Assembly (NCBI GenBank): GCA_043819555.1
Contig: JBDREQ010000063.1
Coordinates: 64,001-128,000 of the forward strand
Direction of reading: 5' to 3'
Source: Candidatus Zixiibacteriota bacterium
Lineage (GTDB): Bacteria > Zixibacteria > MSB-5A5 > GN15 > JAAZOE01
DNA: 64,000 bases
The notes under the pieces are model-generated. The model had not been told where the DNA came from and did not search any database. It saw nothing but the letters and a program-made list of their open reading frames with translations. Position numbers and translations under genes: made by a program. Of the stretch, positions 38,621-48,782 are shown in pieces. Every line of letters starts with the position of its first letter. Position 1 is the stretch's first letter.

Positions 38621-39394
38621 ATGTCTCGCTCATTGGATATTTTAATCGTTGATGACGAGCAGGTTGTTCTCGACAGCGTCAAGAAACATTTGCGAAAAAA
38701 TAATTATAATCTGATTACGGTATTATCCGCGCAGGAAGGCCTCGATTTATTGGATAAATCAACTCCCGATATTATTCTAACTGATTTGATGATGCCGGAT
38801 ATAGACGGGCTGGAACTGATGAGAATTGTCAAGGACAAATACCCCCATTTGCCGATTATCATGATTACCGGTTATGCCACTATAAATACCGCTCTTCAAG
38901 CGACTCAGTTGGGGGCCTTTGATTATATTGCCAAACCATTTACAAAGTCGGAATTGATTTCAGTTGTCCAGCGCGCCGCGGATTTGGTTCTGAACATTGC
39001 CAACGCAGAAAAAGATAGTGCCCATGAAATACCTATAAAGAATGAAATATCAGGCGAACTTAAAAATGTTGGCGACCATGTATGGATTATGGTTGAAGAT
39101 GATGGTCACGTTCGGATGGGAATCGATCGTTCATTTTTGCATGCCATTGGAAAAATACAAAATATATTTTTACCCGCAGTCGGAGACAAGCTCCGCCAGG
39201 GCAGCAAATATCTCCAAATATTTTCCTCTGATTTGCGCTCTCATACCGTTCTCTCTCCATTATCCGGAACAGTCATAGAAGTAAATGATCAATTGCAGGA
39301 ACAGCCCAAAATATTAATTGAAGATCCCTTTGGCAAAGGATGGTTAATTCGCCTTAAGCCTTCAAAATTCGATTATGAAATTAGTGAACTGTAG
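38621..39394 (+). CDS. Response regulator receiver fused to a glycine cleavage H-like domain
   Basis: ILIVDDE, TDLMMP, ITGY, AKPF; C-terminal HVWI..VRMGID..SPLSGTVIEVN..DPFGKGWL. Confidence 0.88.
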   Translation: MSRSLDILIVDDEQVVLDSVKKHLRKNNYNLITVLSAQEGLDLLDKSTPDIILTDLMMPDIDGLELMRIVKDKYPHLPIIMITGYATINTALQATQLGAFDYIAKPFTKSELISVVQRAADLVLNIANAEKDSAHEIPIKNEISGELKNVGDHVWIMVEDDGHVRMGIDRSFLHAIGKIQNIFLPAVGDKLRQGSKYLQIFSSDLRSHTVLSPLSGTVIEVNDQLQEQPKILIEDPFGKGWLIRLKPSKFDYEISEL

Positions 39395-39405
39395 ATGTGG
39401 CGGAT

Positions 39406-42400
39406 TTAAGAAGCCGATATCGTAACCTTGTTGCGATCCAGCTCGTTTCGCACGGCCCCTCCAAGACTGGCCATAGAAAATGGTTTGCGTACATATTCTC
39501 CGGCGCCAAGAGTCTGCATTTCATTGACACGTTCAGTAGCCGAAAAGCCACTAATTATAATCGCCTTTTGAGCCGGATGTATTTTTAAAATATCACGGTA
39601 TGTGTCGAGGCCATCATAATCTTGTTCCATTATAATATCCAAAAGGATAATATTAACGGAATGGTTTTTCAGAAATTCAATTGCTTCATGACCGTGCCTG
39701 ACCACACTAACATCATATCCAAGATTGGTTAGTAATTCATATGCGACCTGCCGCTGCTCCGGATTATCGTCGACGACAAGCACGCTTTCTGTGCCCGAGC
39801 AATCATTCGTTTCTATTTGACTTTCGGCTTCGGCTGCTTTGCACAGCGGGAAATAAAGAACAAATTCACTTCCCTCCCCCTCGGCAGAAAAGATATCATA
39901 ATATCCTTTGTGGTCCTTGACTATACCGTAAACTACTGCCAGCCCCAGGCCGCTCCCGGATTTGCCCATTTTTTTATTGGAATAATAGGGCTCAAAGATT
40001 TTTGATTGGTCTTCAAGTGGAATACCCGTTCCTGTGTCGCAAATTCTTAAAACTATATAATCCCCGGCCTCAATATTATCGAATCCCCCCAGAAGAGTAT
40101 CAAGATGGAGCGCTTCAGTACTTATAGATAAACTTCCCTCGCCTTCCATTGCGTCAAAGGCGTTGACTATCAAATTCATGATTACTTTGACAAGATGGGG
40201 AGGCGAACCAAGCATGAATGGCTGTTGTGAATCTAATTCCAAATCGATTTTTATTTCTGGCCGAGTTGTTGATAAAAAATGATAAGATGGTGAATCAAGG
40301 TACTCCTCGATTACATTATTTAGCTTAATAGGTTTTATTTCATATCGTCCCCGACGCGCTAGTGTTAATAGATCCTGAATAACATCGGCGGCGTCCTGAG
40401 CCGATTTCCCAATGCGCTCAATCTGTTTTTTATAGGGACTATCTTCTTCCAGCCGGGAAAGAATTAGATCGCTATAGCCGACCATCGGGCCCAGCATGTT
40501 ATTCAAATCATGAGCCACGCCGCCGGCCAAAACGCCCAATGATTCCATGCGTTCGGCGCGTTCCAGCTTATCCTTCAAAACCTGTTGCTGTGTTTGGACC
40601 CGGCGCAATTGGCTCAAATCGACGTCAAGGCAATACATCTCGTCCTCGCCGCGGCTGTTGCACAACATAACATGACTGCTATAGACCGGAATAATTGAGC
40701 CATCCTTATGGCGCATTCCATATTCGCCCGGCCCGTATTGAATTGCTATCTGATTATCATCAACCTCAACTTTATATGAGTCATAGGTCATCAAGTCTTC
40801 AAGTTGTTTACCCATGACTTCTTCTTGCGAATATCCATATAATATTTCGCTGGCTGTATTCCAGAATATTATCCTGCGGTCGCAGTTATATCCCTGGACG
40901 GCAATGTTGGGAACCCCTTCAAGAATCGCTCTGAACCTCTCCTCGCTTTCTCTCAAAGCCTCTTCCGCCTGCTTTCTTTCGGTTATATCTCTTAATGCGC
41001 ATTGAATGTAGGTCACCTTACCATTTTCAATAATTGGAGTTGTCGCCACTTCGACATAAAATGGAGAGGTGTTTTGGGGTTTATATAAGAACTCGAAATT
41101 GGCGGCTTTTTGATGTCTGACTATCAGCCGTATGAGTCTTAACGCTCTCTCGTATTCGTCCTGGTAAACAAAGTACTTCTTGATGTTTTGGCCGATTTCT
41201 TCCTCCGGCTTATAGTCGCCGAAATATTTGATGGCCGGGCTGATATATGACAATGTTCCATCCAATGATATTTTGACAACCATATCCTTGAGATTGTCGG
41301 CGATTACGCGGTAATGCTCTTCACTATCTCGCAGAGCATCTTCGGCCCTTTTTCGATCAGCGATGTCAATTATGAAATTCAAACCGGCACGCTGACCCTT
41401 CCAGGTTATCAAAGTTCCGCGGACTTCCACCCAACGTGGTTTATTCCCTTTATCCACAAATCTCATGGAATAAACGGCAGGAACATCTTCATCGTCTTGA
41501 AATTTTTTATTGTTTTCTTTTATCCAGTTTAGATCACCGGGATGAACGATATCATGTATGTGCATATCCTTCAGTTCATCAATAGTATAACCGGTCAGAG
41601 CTTCCATTTCGGGATTGGCAAAAACAACTTTGCCCTTCTGTACAATACAAATACCCTCTTTGGCGTCCATCACCAGGCGGCGATATTGACTTTCTGATTT
41701 TCTTAATGCGGCTTCAATATTATTTCTCTCGGTTATATCATTTCCTGAACAAACGATACCGGTAATTTGTCCCAGAGAATCGGTTAATTGAGCGTGATTC
41801 CAGGCAATAATCTTTTTCTGTCCGGATTTTGTCATGACCGGTATTTCGCAATCTGTTTCAGGAAGCAATTTGCCTGAAATTATTTTTTCAAACTTGTCCT
41901 TGTTTTTATGTAGACCATCATCCGGAGCAAAAATCCTATTCCATTTTTTCCCGATAATATCGTCTCGCCCATATTCCAAAACCCGGCAACCATAATCATT
42001 AATCATGGAAATCTCGCCGGAAGTGTTTAATGCTATGACTATCGTTCCAATTTTATCCAGATATAACTGAGTTCTCTCAAATTCCTTGCGCAAACTCTCC
42101 TCAGCGGATATTAAATCGGTAACATCTTCAAAAGAAACACCCAATCGTTCGTCTGAAATTTTGAATATCCGGATTTTAAATGCCTGGCAAATACCACTTT
42201 CACAATAATTGAATTTTTTGGTAGAAAAGGCGACACCAGAATTCATAACTTCAATACACTTGTCCTGCAGTTTCTCACCCAATCCAAAGGGCATGGCAAA
42301 ATTGAAATTCTTTTCAATAATATTTTCACCATCAGATAATTCTACCGCCTTAGAGTTGGATGATTTTAGGATTATTCGCTGAGGCGACAGATATTCAAAT

Positions 42401-42783
42401 ATCATTAATGCGTTGGGAATCGAGGCAACGATATCCTCCGAGGTTTCCATTGATTCGCGCAGTTCCTTAGTCCGTTTGGCGACCAATTCCTCCAACTCAT
42501 CTCGGTTCTTCCTTAATTTTTCAAAAGCGGCATTGAGGGCGAATTGTAATTCCGGTGGAAATGGATTTGAAGACGAGTCATTTATTTGTTCTTTTATTGC
42601 TGTTGCTATGCTTGTTACCGTCGGTGCATCCTTCGACAATATCTGGATGCGAGCCGAGATAAACATAATGAGCAAAATGATAATTGAAGTCAGAACCAGC
42701 CCGGCTGCAAATATTATTATTGCCGGATGAATAGCGCTGGTTCCTAGTGTATCGGCCACATATTTTTTGGCGCCCGGCATCAA
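39406..42783 (-). CDS. Hybrid multi-PAS sensor histidine kinase/response regulator
   Basis: TM segment, several PAS domains, GGVAHDLNNML, DTGTG, GSGLGLA, C-terminal REC (VLVVDD, LLDIIM, RKPF). Confidence 0.93.
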   Translation of the reverse strand: MMPGAKKYVADTLGTSAIHPAIIIFAAGLVLTSIIILLIMFISARIQILSKDAPTVTSIATAIKEQINDSSSNPFPPELQFALNAAFEKLRKNRDELEELVAKRTKELRESMETSEDIVASIPNALMIFEYLSPQRIILKSSNSKAVELSDGENIIEKNFNFAMPFGLGEKLQDKCIEVMNSGVAFSTKKFNYCESGICQAFKIRIFKISDERLGVSFEDVTDLISAEESLRKEFERTQLYLDKIGTIVIALNTSGEISMINDYGCRVLEYGRDDIIGKKWNRIFAPDDGLHKNKDKFEKIISGKLLPETDCEIPVMTKSGQKKIIAWNHAQLTDSLGQITGIVCSGNDITERNNIEAALRKSESQYRRLVMDAKEGICIVQKGKVVFANPEMEALTGYTIDELKDMHIHDIVHPGDLNWIKENNKKFQDDEDVPAVYSMRFVDKGNKPRWVEVRGTLITWKGQRAGLNFIIDIADRKRAEDALRDSEEHYRVIADNLKDMVVKISLDGTLSYISPAIKYFGDYKPEEEIGQNIKKYFVYQDEYERALRLIRLIVRHQKAANFEFLYKPQNTSPFYVEVATTPIIENGKVTYIQCALRDITERKQAEEALRESEERFRAILEGVPNIAVQGYNCDRRIIFWNTASEILYGYSQEEVMGKQLEDLMTYDSYKVEVDDNQIAIQYGPGEYGMRHKDGSIIPVYSSHVMLCNSRGEDEMYCLDVDLSQLRRVQTQQQVLKDKLERAERMESLGVLAGGVAHDLNNMLGPMVGYSDLILSRLEEDSPYKKQIERIGKSAQDAADVIQDLLTLARRGRYEIKPIKLNNVIEEYLDSPSYHFLSTTRPEIKIDLELDSQQPFMLGSPPHLVKVIMNLIVNAFDAMEGEGSLSISTEALHLDTLLGGFDNIEAGDYIVLRICDTGTGIPLEDQSKIFEPYYSNKKMGKSGSGLGLAVVYGIVKDHKGYYDIFSAEGEGSEFVLYFPLCKAAEAESQIETNDCSGTESVLVVDDNPEQRQVAYELLTNLGYDVSVVRHGHEAIEFLKNHSVNIILLDIIMEQDYDGLDTYRDILKIHPAQKAIIISGFSATERVNEMQTLGAGEYVRKPFSMASLGGAVRNELDRNKVTISAS

Positions 42784-43110
42784 GGCACCATTAGAGAAAC
42801 CAAAATAACGAAACTAAAAGTGATTGCTGAAGATATGGTAATTACTTTTGACGTCTGCTTTGGCATATTGATTTAGCTCAGTATATCTATTTTTATTAAA
42901 TGACCCCATCCATTGTTTTCGTTCAATCGCAATTTGTTTAAGTACTTAATGTAAATATCGACTTCAAAGATAATTACTTAACTTTTCAATCCCGATTTTG
43001 AGCAATTAAGATATTGAATTATAATAAGATGACCCCCAAGACGATTATTGGTCTCAGGGAATCATTATTGATAGAATTAAATATTTAAATCAGACCAATT
43101 CCTGGCAATT

Positions 43111-43950
43111 CTACGCAACCTGCTTATCGCTTAAAACTTCACCACGAATACCGACCACTATTTCTTTAAGAGGGATATCGCGTCCGGAAGCCTTTAGTGC
43201 TTCACGAGTTATCATACTCAGGCCTCCGCAACAAGGAACTTCCATAATCATCACCGAAACCGCCGTGCATCCAGAGTGACGGAATATCTCTTCCATCTTC
43301 TCCCGATAAAATTGAAGATTGTCGAGCTTTGGGCAAGCAATCAGAAGAGATTTATCTTTGAGATATGAATTATGAAAATCAGCGAAGGCAAACGGACAGC
43401 AATCGGCCGCCAAAAGCAGTTCCCGGCCCTTCAAAAATGGGGCTGTTGGCGGAACAAGCATTAATTGGACCGGCCATTGCGTCAATTTGGATTGTTGAAT
43501 CGGGAATGATCCGGAATGTTGGTCCTGTTGATTGACCGCGGGCGCAAATGACCGCATTGCCGAACCGGGACAGCCGGACATGGCCGGTATTTTGACTTGC
43601 TGAACCGGCTGGGCAAATGATTGAACGGCCGATCCGGGACAAGCAGCCATCTGTGTTTGAGGGATTTCCTCTGATTGTTTTACCGATTCTCCGGATGTTT
43701 CCTGATTTCCCAAATGCACCTTTACTGCTTCTTCATCAAATTCATCCGCATCTCGTTTTATTATAGTGATGGCGTCCTGCGGGCATGTTCCAAGGCAGAC
43801 CCCGAATCCGTCACACAAATTATCCGACACCAGTTTGGCTTTGCCGTCTATTATCTGTAATGCCCCTTCGGCACAGCTCATAATACATTCACCGCAACCG
43901 TCGCAGAGTTCCTCGTCAATTTTTACTATCTCGCGTGTTTTGCTTGTCAT
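43111..43950 (-). CDS. 4Fe-4S ferredoxin domain / iron-sulfur cluster-binding protein
   Basis: CDGCGECIMSC and CDGFGVCLGTCP; QWPVQL, AADC, CPKLD, MEVPCC C-terminal domain. Confidence 0.9.
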   Translation of the reverse strand: MTSKTREIVKIDEELCDGCGECIMSCAEGALQIIDGKAKLVSDNLCDGFGVCLGTCPQDAITIIKRDADEFDEEAVKVHLGNQETSGESVKQSEEIPQTQMAACPGSAVQSFAQPVQQVKIPAMSGCPGSAMRSFAPAVNQQDQHSGSFPIQQSKLTQWPVQLMLVPPTAPFLKGRELLLAADCCPFAFADFHNSYLKDKSLLIACPKLDNLQFYREKMEEIFRHSGCTAVSVMIMEVPCCGGLSMITREALKASGRDIPLKEIVVGIRGEVLSDKQVA

Positions 43951-44012
43951 AAAAACTCCTATTATTTATTCTCTTTACGGGAGTATTATCGGGAAATTAT
44001 GGGAATTTGGGT

Positions 44013-44026
44013 TTGATTTAGGTCAA
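44013..44026 (-). promoter_or_regulatory. FNR/HcpR-type binding site
   Basis: TTGAC-CTAA-ATCAA on the minus strand, ~30 bp upstream of a GATAAT -10 (43985-43990). Confidence 0.75.
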
Positions 44027-44031
44027 GCGTT

Positions 44032-44712
44032 TCAAATTTTTTTGCCGGCCGCTATTTCTTCCAGTTGGGCCGGATCATTGACGGTGATTTCCTGCCCGTC
44101 AACCTCAATGACATTTATCTTCGTTAGTTTAGCAAACGCCCGCGACAAGGTTTCGGGAATTGTCCCCAGTATAGATGCCAAAGTCATTTTTTTTTCGCCT
44201 AAAATGATTTTTGGTTTTTCACCCGGCTTATAATCGGGCATAAATTCAAGCAAATAACTGGCCAGGCGGGTTGAGATATCTTCCAGCGATAATTGCTGAA
44301 CGAGGCGCGAAAGATGGTGCAAAAGAGACGACAATCGGCCAATCATGTTAATCGCTAATGCCGGATGTTCATTTATTAGCCTGAGAAATTTATCCCGGGA
44401 AAATGACATCAAGATTGAATCTTCAATCGCTTCAGCATTGGCGGGATAATTCGTCCGGGCAAACAGAGCCGCTTCCCCAAATGAATCACCGGGAAAAGCC
44501 ATCATAAGAATCTGTTCTTTACCGTCCGGAGAATTCTTGTGGATTTTGACTTTTCCGGAAAGAACCAGATAGAATTTCTCTCCGGGATCACCCTGGAAAA
44601 ATAAGAACGTCCCTTTGGCAGCTTTTATATTATCACCCGTTTCCTCAACCAATTTTAATTCATCGGTATCAATTCCGGAAAACAGGATAGAATCCTTGAG
44701 CGCTTTTTCCAT
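44032..44712 (-). CDS. Crp/Fnr family transcriptional regulator (HcpR/DNR-like)
   Basis: cNMP-binding fold (GDSFGEAALF, YPANAEA), HTH LASILGTIPETLSRAF; no N-terminal Cys cluster. Confidence 0.92.
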   Translation of the reverse strand: MEKALKDSILFSGIDTDELKLVEETGDNIKAAKGTFLFFQGDPGEKFYLVLSGKVKIHKNSPDGKEQILMMAFPGDSFGEAALFARTNYPANAEAIEDSILMSFSRDKFLRLINEHPALAINMIGRLSSLLHHLSRLVQQLSLEDISTRLASYLLEFMPDYKPGEKPKIILGEKKMTLASILGTIPETLSRAFAKLTKINVIEVDGQEITVNDPAQLEEIAAGKKI

Positions 44713-44772
44713 GACGGAAATATACAAAAATCACGAATTGATGGAAATTAAATTAGATGATTATAACGCGGC

Positions 44773-45132
44773 TTATTTCAAGACTTGTGCCAGTAGCTTT
44801 TCTATGTCGCACATTTTGAACGGCTTATTTAAAAAACCATCGGCCAGGCTGGTCAATAGATTGCCGCCTTCGTCGTCAATGGCATAACCCGAAATGACGA
44901 CAACCGGGAGTTCCGGCCTTTCTCGTTTGATCTTTTGCAGGAGATCAAGTCCTGACATTTTGGGCATTCTCATATCAGTGATGACAAGGCTGAAATCTTC
45001 CAACTCAACTTTTTCAATAGCTTCCACACCGTCGGCAGCACGGATAGAATCATATTCGAATATTTCAAGCATTTCGCTCAAAAGGGCAGACATATTGGGG
45101 TTGTCATCGACTATAAGTATTTTTTTGCTCAT
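44773..45132 (-). CDS. Single-domain response regulator
   Basis: ILIVDD, TDMRMP, ISGY, NKPF. Confidence 0.92.
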   Translation of the reverse strand: MSKKILIVDDNPNMSALLSEMLEIFEYDSIRAADGVEAIEKVELEDFSLVITDMRMPKMSGLDLLQKIKRERPELPVVVISGYAIDDEGGNLLTSLADGFLNKPFKMCDIEKLLAQVLK

Positions 45133-45203
45133 TATAATATTTATCCTTACCCGATAAATATCGGCAGATATCCTTAAATATTAAATATTTAGAGCAAAAA
45201 AAA

Positions 45204-46277
45204 TCAGCCAAATCGGGCCATGAGCTCGGTTTTTAATCTATTTAACCCCAATTTTTTCAAGGCTGAAATAGGAATAAATCCGTTTCCCAAAGGTGGAATC
45301 TGGCTTTCTTCAAGAAGATCAATCTTATTATAAATTTCTATAATGGGCACGTTGTTGACACCGATTTCTTTCAAAACTTTACGGACAACACCGATTTTCC
45401 TATCTTTGTAAGCGTCGGATGAATCGACCACGAGTAAAATTAAATCAGCCAGATTCACCTCGTCGAGGGTAGATTTGAAAGAAGCGACCAGTTGATGCGG
45501 GAGTTTTTCAATAAATCCAACGGTGTCGGTGACGACTATATTTTGAGGATATTCCACCGATATCACTCGTGTCGTTGAATCCAGAGTCGAGAATAATTTA
45601 TCCTCCTGCAAAACATCGGCGCGGGTCAGGCATGTAAACAATGTTGATTTCCCGGCATTAGTATATCCTACCAGGGCGATTTTGTAAAATTTATCCCGTC
45701 CTTGCCTCTGAATTACCCGCTGTTTGTCAATCTTTTTTAATTTTTGCTTGAGGGACAATATCTTTTTCCCGACCTGACGGCGGTCAGTTTCAAGCTGAGT
45801 TTCTCCGGGGCCTTTAGTACCGATTCCGCCGCGCTGGCGGGAAAAGTGAACCCACAATCCGGCCAAACGAGGAAGCAGGTACTCCATCTGAGCCAGTTCG
45901 ACCTGCAATCTCGATTCGGCAGTGCGGGCATGAAGAGCGAAAATATCGAGAATCAGCATCGGCCGGTCAATGACTTTTATATCGAGCTTTTTTGAAAGAT
46001 TGCGCATTTGATTGGGCGAGAGCGGTTCATCAAAAACAACCAGATCAGCTTCATTTTCATCAATGAATTCTTTGATCTCATCCACCATGCCTTTGCCGAT
46101 ATAATAAGTTCCATCCGGCTTGGGCCGTTTTTGAATATAGCGGGCGGCCTCGATTCCACCGGCGGTTGAAATAAGTCGTGACAGTTCATCGATGGAATAC
46201 TCTATGTCCTGCTTTGGCGTCCGCCCCACAGCGACCCCGACCAAAACAGCCTTCTCCGCTTGATTATCCCTATCCAT
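45204..46277 (-). CDS. hflX: GTPase HflX
   Basis: LILDIFA.HA, GPGETQLETDRR, GYTNAGKST, DTVGFI, NKID. Confidence 0.97.
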   Translation of the reverse strand: MDRDNQAEKAVLVGVAVGRTPKQDIEYSIDELSRLISTAGGIEAARYIQKRPKPDGTYYIGKGMVDEIKEFIDENEADLVVFDEPLSPNQMRNLSKKLDIKVIDRPMLILDIFALHARTAESRLQVELAQMEYLLPRLAGLWVHFSRQRGGIGTKGPGETQLETDRRQVGKKILSLKQKLKKIDKQRVIQRQGRDKFYKIALVGYTNAGKSTLFTCLTRADVLQEDKLFSTLDSTTRVISVEYPQNIVVTDTVGFIEKLPHQLVASFKSTLDEVNLADLILLVVDSSDAYKDRKIGVVRKVLKEIGVNNVPIIEIYNKIDLLEESQIPPLGNGFIPISALKKLGLNRLKTELMARFG

Positions 46278-46348
46278 TTCGTACATATAGAGAATATAAT
46301 ACACAATTGGGAATTATAAGATGCAAAAAATTGAGGTGAAATGTTAGT

Positions 46349-47077
46349 TCAGGCAGATAGTCTGGCAAAACTAACCGGCATCTGATCCCAGGTTTGATTA
46401 TCAAGAATCCGCCCGGCTTTCTTTTTGTTCACCCCGCCCCATTGCTTGAAGAAAAACGGAACTTGCGCCTCAAGACATTGATCGCGAATATCCAGAACCC
46501 ACTCCGGTTTCATCGAACGCGCGCCCGGCCCGGATTCACCACCGACGATTACCCAATTGATGTCCTGCAAATTCAAATTTTGCAATGGCCCAAGAAGCGG
46601 TTCTAAAGACAAAAATTTGGTTTTAGCTCCGATTTGACGCAGTTGCTCGATGCGATGCACGCATTTTTGGTTTTCGACCGTAACGCCCATCCAGATATTT
46701 TCCTGCCAGGGCAGTTTTATGTCAAGTTGCAGCATCCTGCCGGCGCGTTTGGTCAGAATCTGGAATTGATGCTGCGGGCATCTTTTCATCACATCAAATA
46801 CTTTGAGAATATATTCAAGCGGAATATCTTTGTGAAACAGATCGCTCATCGAATTAACAAATATCATCTGCGGTTTTTTCCACCCGAGAGGCAGATTCGA
46901 GGCACGCCGATGTAAAGAAACTTTGAACCCGTCTTTATAATTAGGGGAGCCCATAGCCCGAAGACGTTTGGCCATTCGCTCGGCATAACAGTACCGACAC
47001 CCAGCGCTGATTTTGGTACAGCCAGTCACAGGATTCCACGTCGATTCCGTCCACTCTATGCTTGATTTTATAGCCAT
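46349..47077 (-). CDS. DUF5131 (phage Gp37/Gp68-like) family protein
   Basis: IEWTESTWNPVTGCTKISAGCRYCYA, NSMSDLFH, EPLLG, WVIVGGESG, FFFKQWGG. Confidence 0.92.
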   Translation of the reverse strand: MAIKSSIEWTESTWNPVTGCTKISAGCRYCYAERMAKRLRAMGSPNYKDGFKVSLHRRASNLPLGWKKPQMIFVNSMSDLFHKDIPLEYILKVFDVMKRCPQHQFQILTKRAGRMLQLDIKLPWQENIWMGVTVENQKCVHRIEQLRQIGAKTKFLSLEPLLGPLQNLNLQDINWVIVGGESGPGARSMKPEWVLDIRDQCLEAQVPFFFKQWGGVNKKKAGRILDNQTWDQMPVSFARLSA

Positions 47078-47234
47078 ATTATACTCATGAGTGAAATTTC
47101 TGTAAAAAATCCGGAAAAGGAATCACATTTTTACAAAAATTATGTGAAATTGGAACTTTTTATGAAAAATGCCGATATAATAAACAGTTGACAAAATATA
47201 TAAAATATACTATTTTGTAAACCGGGAGATTAAT

Positions 47235-48284
47235 ATGATAGGCGAAAGAATAAAGAGCGCGAGAAAAGCCAACGGCTTAGCTTTACGTGACTTAGCAAAA
47301 ATAGTCAATGTGTCTCAAACTGCAATCGACAAATATGAAAAGGGCAAGATTTTCCCTAGTTCTGATAAGCTAATGGCCATAATTGATGCTTTAAATTACC
47401 CACTTGATTATTTTTTTAGAGAAAATAGTATTAAATTGGGAGAAATTTCGTACCGCAAGCGCAGCGGATTGGGAAAGAAGAAACAACATGAGATTGAATC
47501 GAGGGCAATTGATTTTCTTGAGCGTTATCTTTATGCCGAAGGATTGATTCCTTCAATTAATTCATTATTCAAAATACCTAATTGTTTTTCAAAAAAAATT
47601 GAAGGTTACGATGACATCGAGGATTTGTGTCTGGAATTACGAAAAGAGTGGCAGTTGGGATTTGACCCTATTGGAAATTTGATTGAGGTCTTAGAGGATT
47701 TGGGTGTAAAGATTGTCTTGTTAGATATCGATGAAAAAGGTTTTGATGGGTTTTGTGTTTGGGCGAATGAAAACATTCCAGTAATAGCTATTTCCAAAAA
47801 TTGGCCCGGAGATAGACAGCGATTTACCATTGCTCATGAGTTGGGTCATTTACTGATAAAAAAATATAATAATAATCTAGACTCCGAAAATATAGCCAAT
47901 CGATTTGCAGGGGCATTTCTGTTCCCCAGACCCTCTGTTTTGTCAGAAATCGGCTCTAGTCGTACCTCTATTTACATAGACGAATTAAAAGTGTTGAAAA
48001 TTAAATATGGCTTAAGCATGCAGTCGATTATCTTTAGGGCGAAAGACTTGAATCTAATATCAAAATCATTATTCGAAAGAGCATGGAAGGTTTTCAATAA
48101 AAAAGGCTGGAGAAAAGTTGAGCCGGAAAAATTGCCTTCTGAATCACCAAAGCGTTTTGAGCTTCTCATTTTCCGAGCTGTAATTGAGAATATTATTGGT
48201 GAAGCCAAGGCGGCTGAATTGCTGAATACTTCAATATCTTCTATTCGTTCTCATATTCAGCCCTTGCTCGGAGCCAGTAGTTGA
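47235..48284 (+). CDS. XRE-family HTH fused to ImmA/IrrE metallopeptidase
   Basis: N-terminal HTH (IGERIKSAR..YEKG), RQRFTIAHELGH, E..ANRFAGAFL.P. Confidence 0.93.
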   Translation: MIGERIKSARKANGLALRDLAKIVNVSQTAIDKYEKGKIFPSSDKLMAIIDALNYPLDYFFRENSIKLGEISYRKRSGLGKKKQHEIESRAIDFLERYLYAEGLIPSINSLFKIPNCFSKKIEGYDDIEDLCLELRKEWQLGFDPIGNLIEVLEDLGVKIVLLDIDEKGFDGFCVWANENIPVIAISKNWPGDRQRFTIAHELGHLLIKKYNNNLDSENIANRFAGAFLFPRPSVLSEIGSSRTSIYIDELKVLKIKYGLSMQSIIFRAKDLNLISKSLFERAWKVFNKKGWRKVEPEKLPSESPKRFELLIFRAVIENIIGEAKAAELLNTSISSIRSHIQPLLGASS

Positions 48285-48775
48285 GTCGACTTGTATTCGA
48301 TACATCAGTATTAATTGACATAATCAATGCAGATATTTTGGAACATTTGTGTCAGCTAGATTATGAATTACTTATTTCAAATGTCCAAGTTGGAGAACAG
48401 AAAAAAAGAAAAGAAATAACTTGTCGCGATCTAGAATCTTATGGATTTAAAATAATAAGTCACCCTCCTGACGAAGTCGAAAAAGTCTATTTAATCAAGC
48501 GATTACATAATAGACTAAGCGTCAAAGATTTATTTGCCTTTATTACTGCTGAACAAGAAAAGGCTCTTCTAATTACAGGAGACAAAGATCTTAGAAAAAT
48601 GGCTGAAAAATCTGGATTAGAATGCCATGGAATTCTATGGCTTTTAGATCAGATAGTTGACAAAAATATATTATCAAAAAAGTTTGCTTATCGAGCTTTA
48701 AGCCAAATAATAAAGTCAGGCGGTTATCTCCCGGAAAAAGAAGTACACAAACGATTGAAAGAATGGAGTTCTTGA
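48281..48775 (+). CDS. PIN domain protein (DUF3368-like)
   Basis: DTSVLID, LS..D, LITGDKDLRK.A, HGILWLLD; 4-nt overlap with the upstream gene. Confidence 0.85.
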   Translation: MSRLVFDTSVLIDIINADILEHLCQLDYELLISNVQVGEQKKRKEITCRDLESYGFKIISHPPDEVEKVYLIKRLHNRLSVKDLFAFITAEQEKALLITGDKDLRKMAEKSGLECHGILWLLDQIVDKNILSKKFAYRALSQIIKSGGYLPEKEVHKRLKEWSS

Positions 48776-48782
48776 ACTCACC

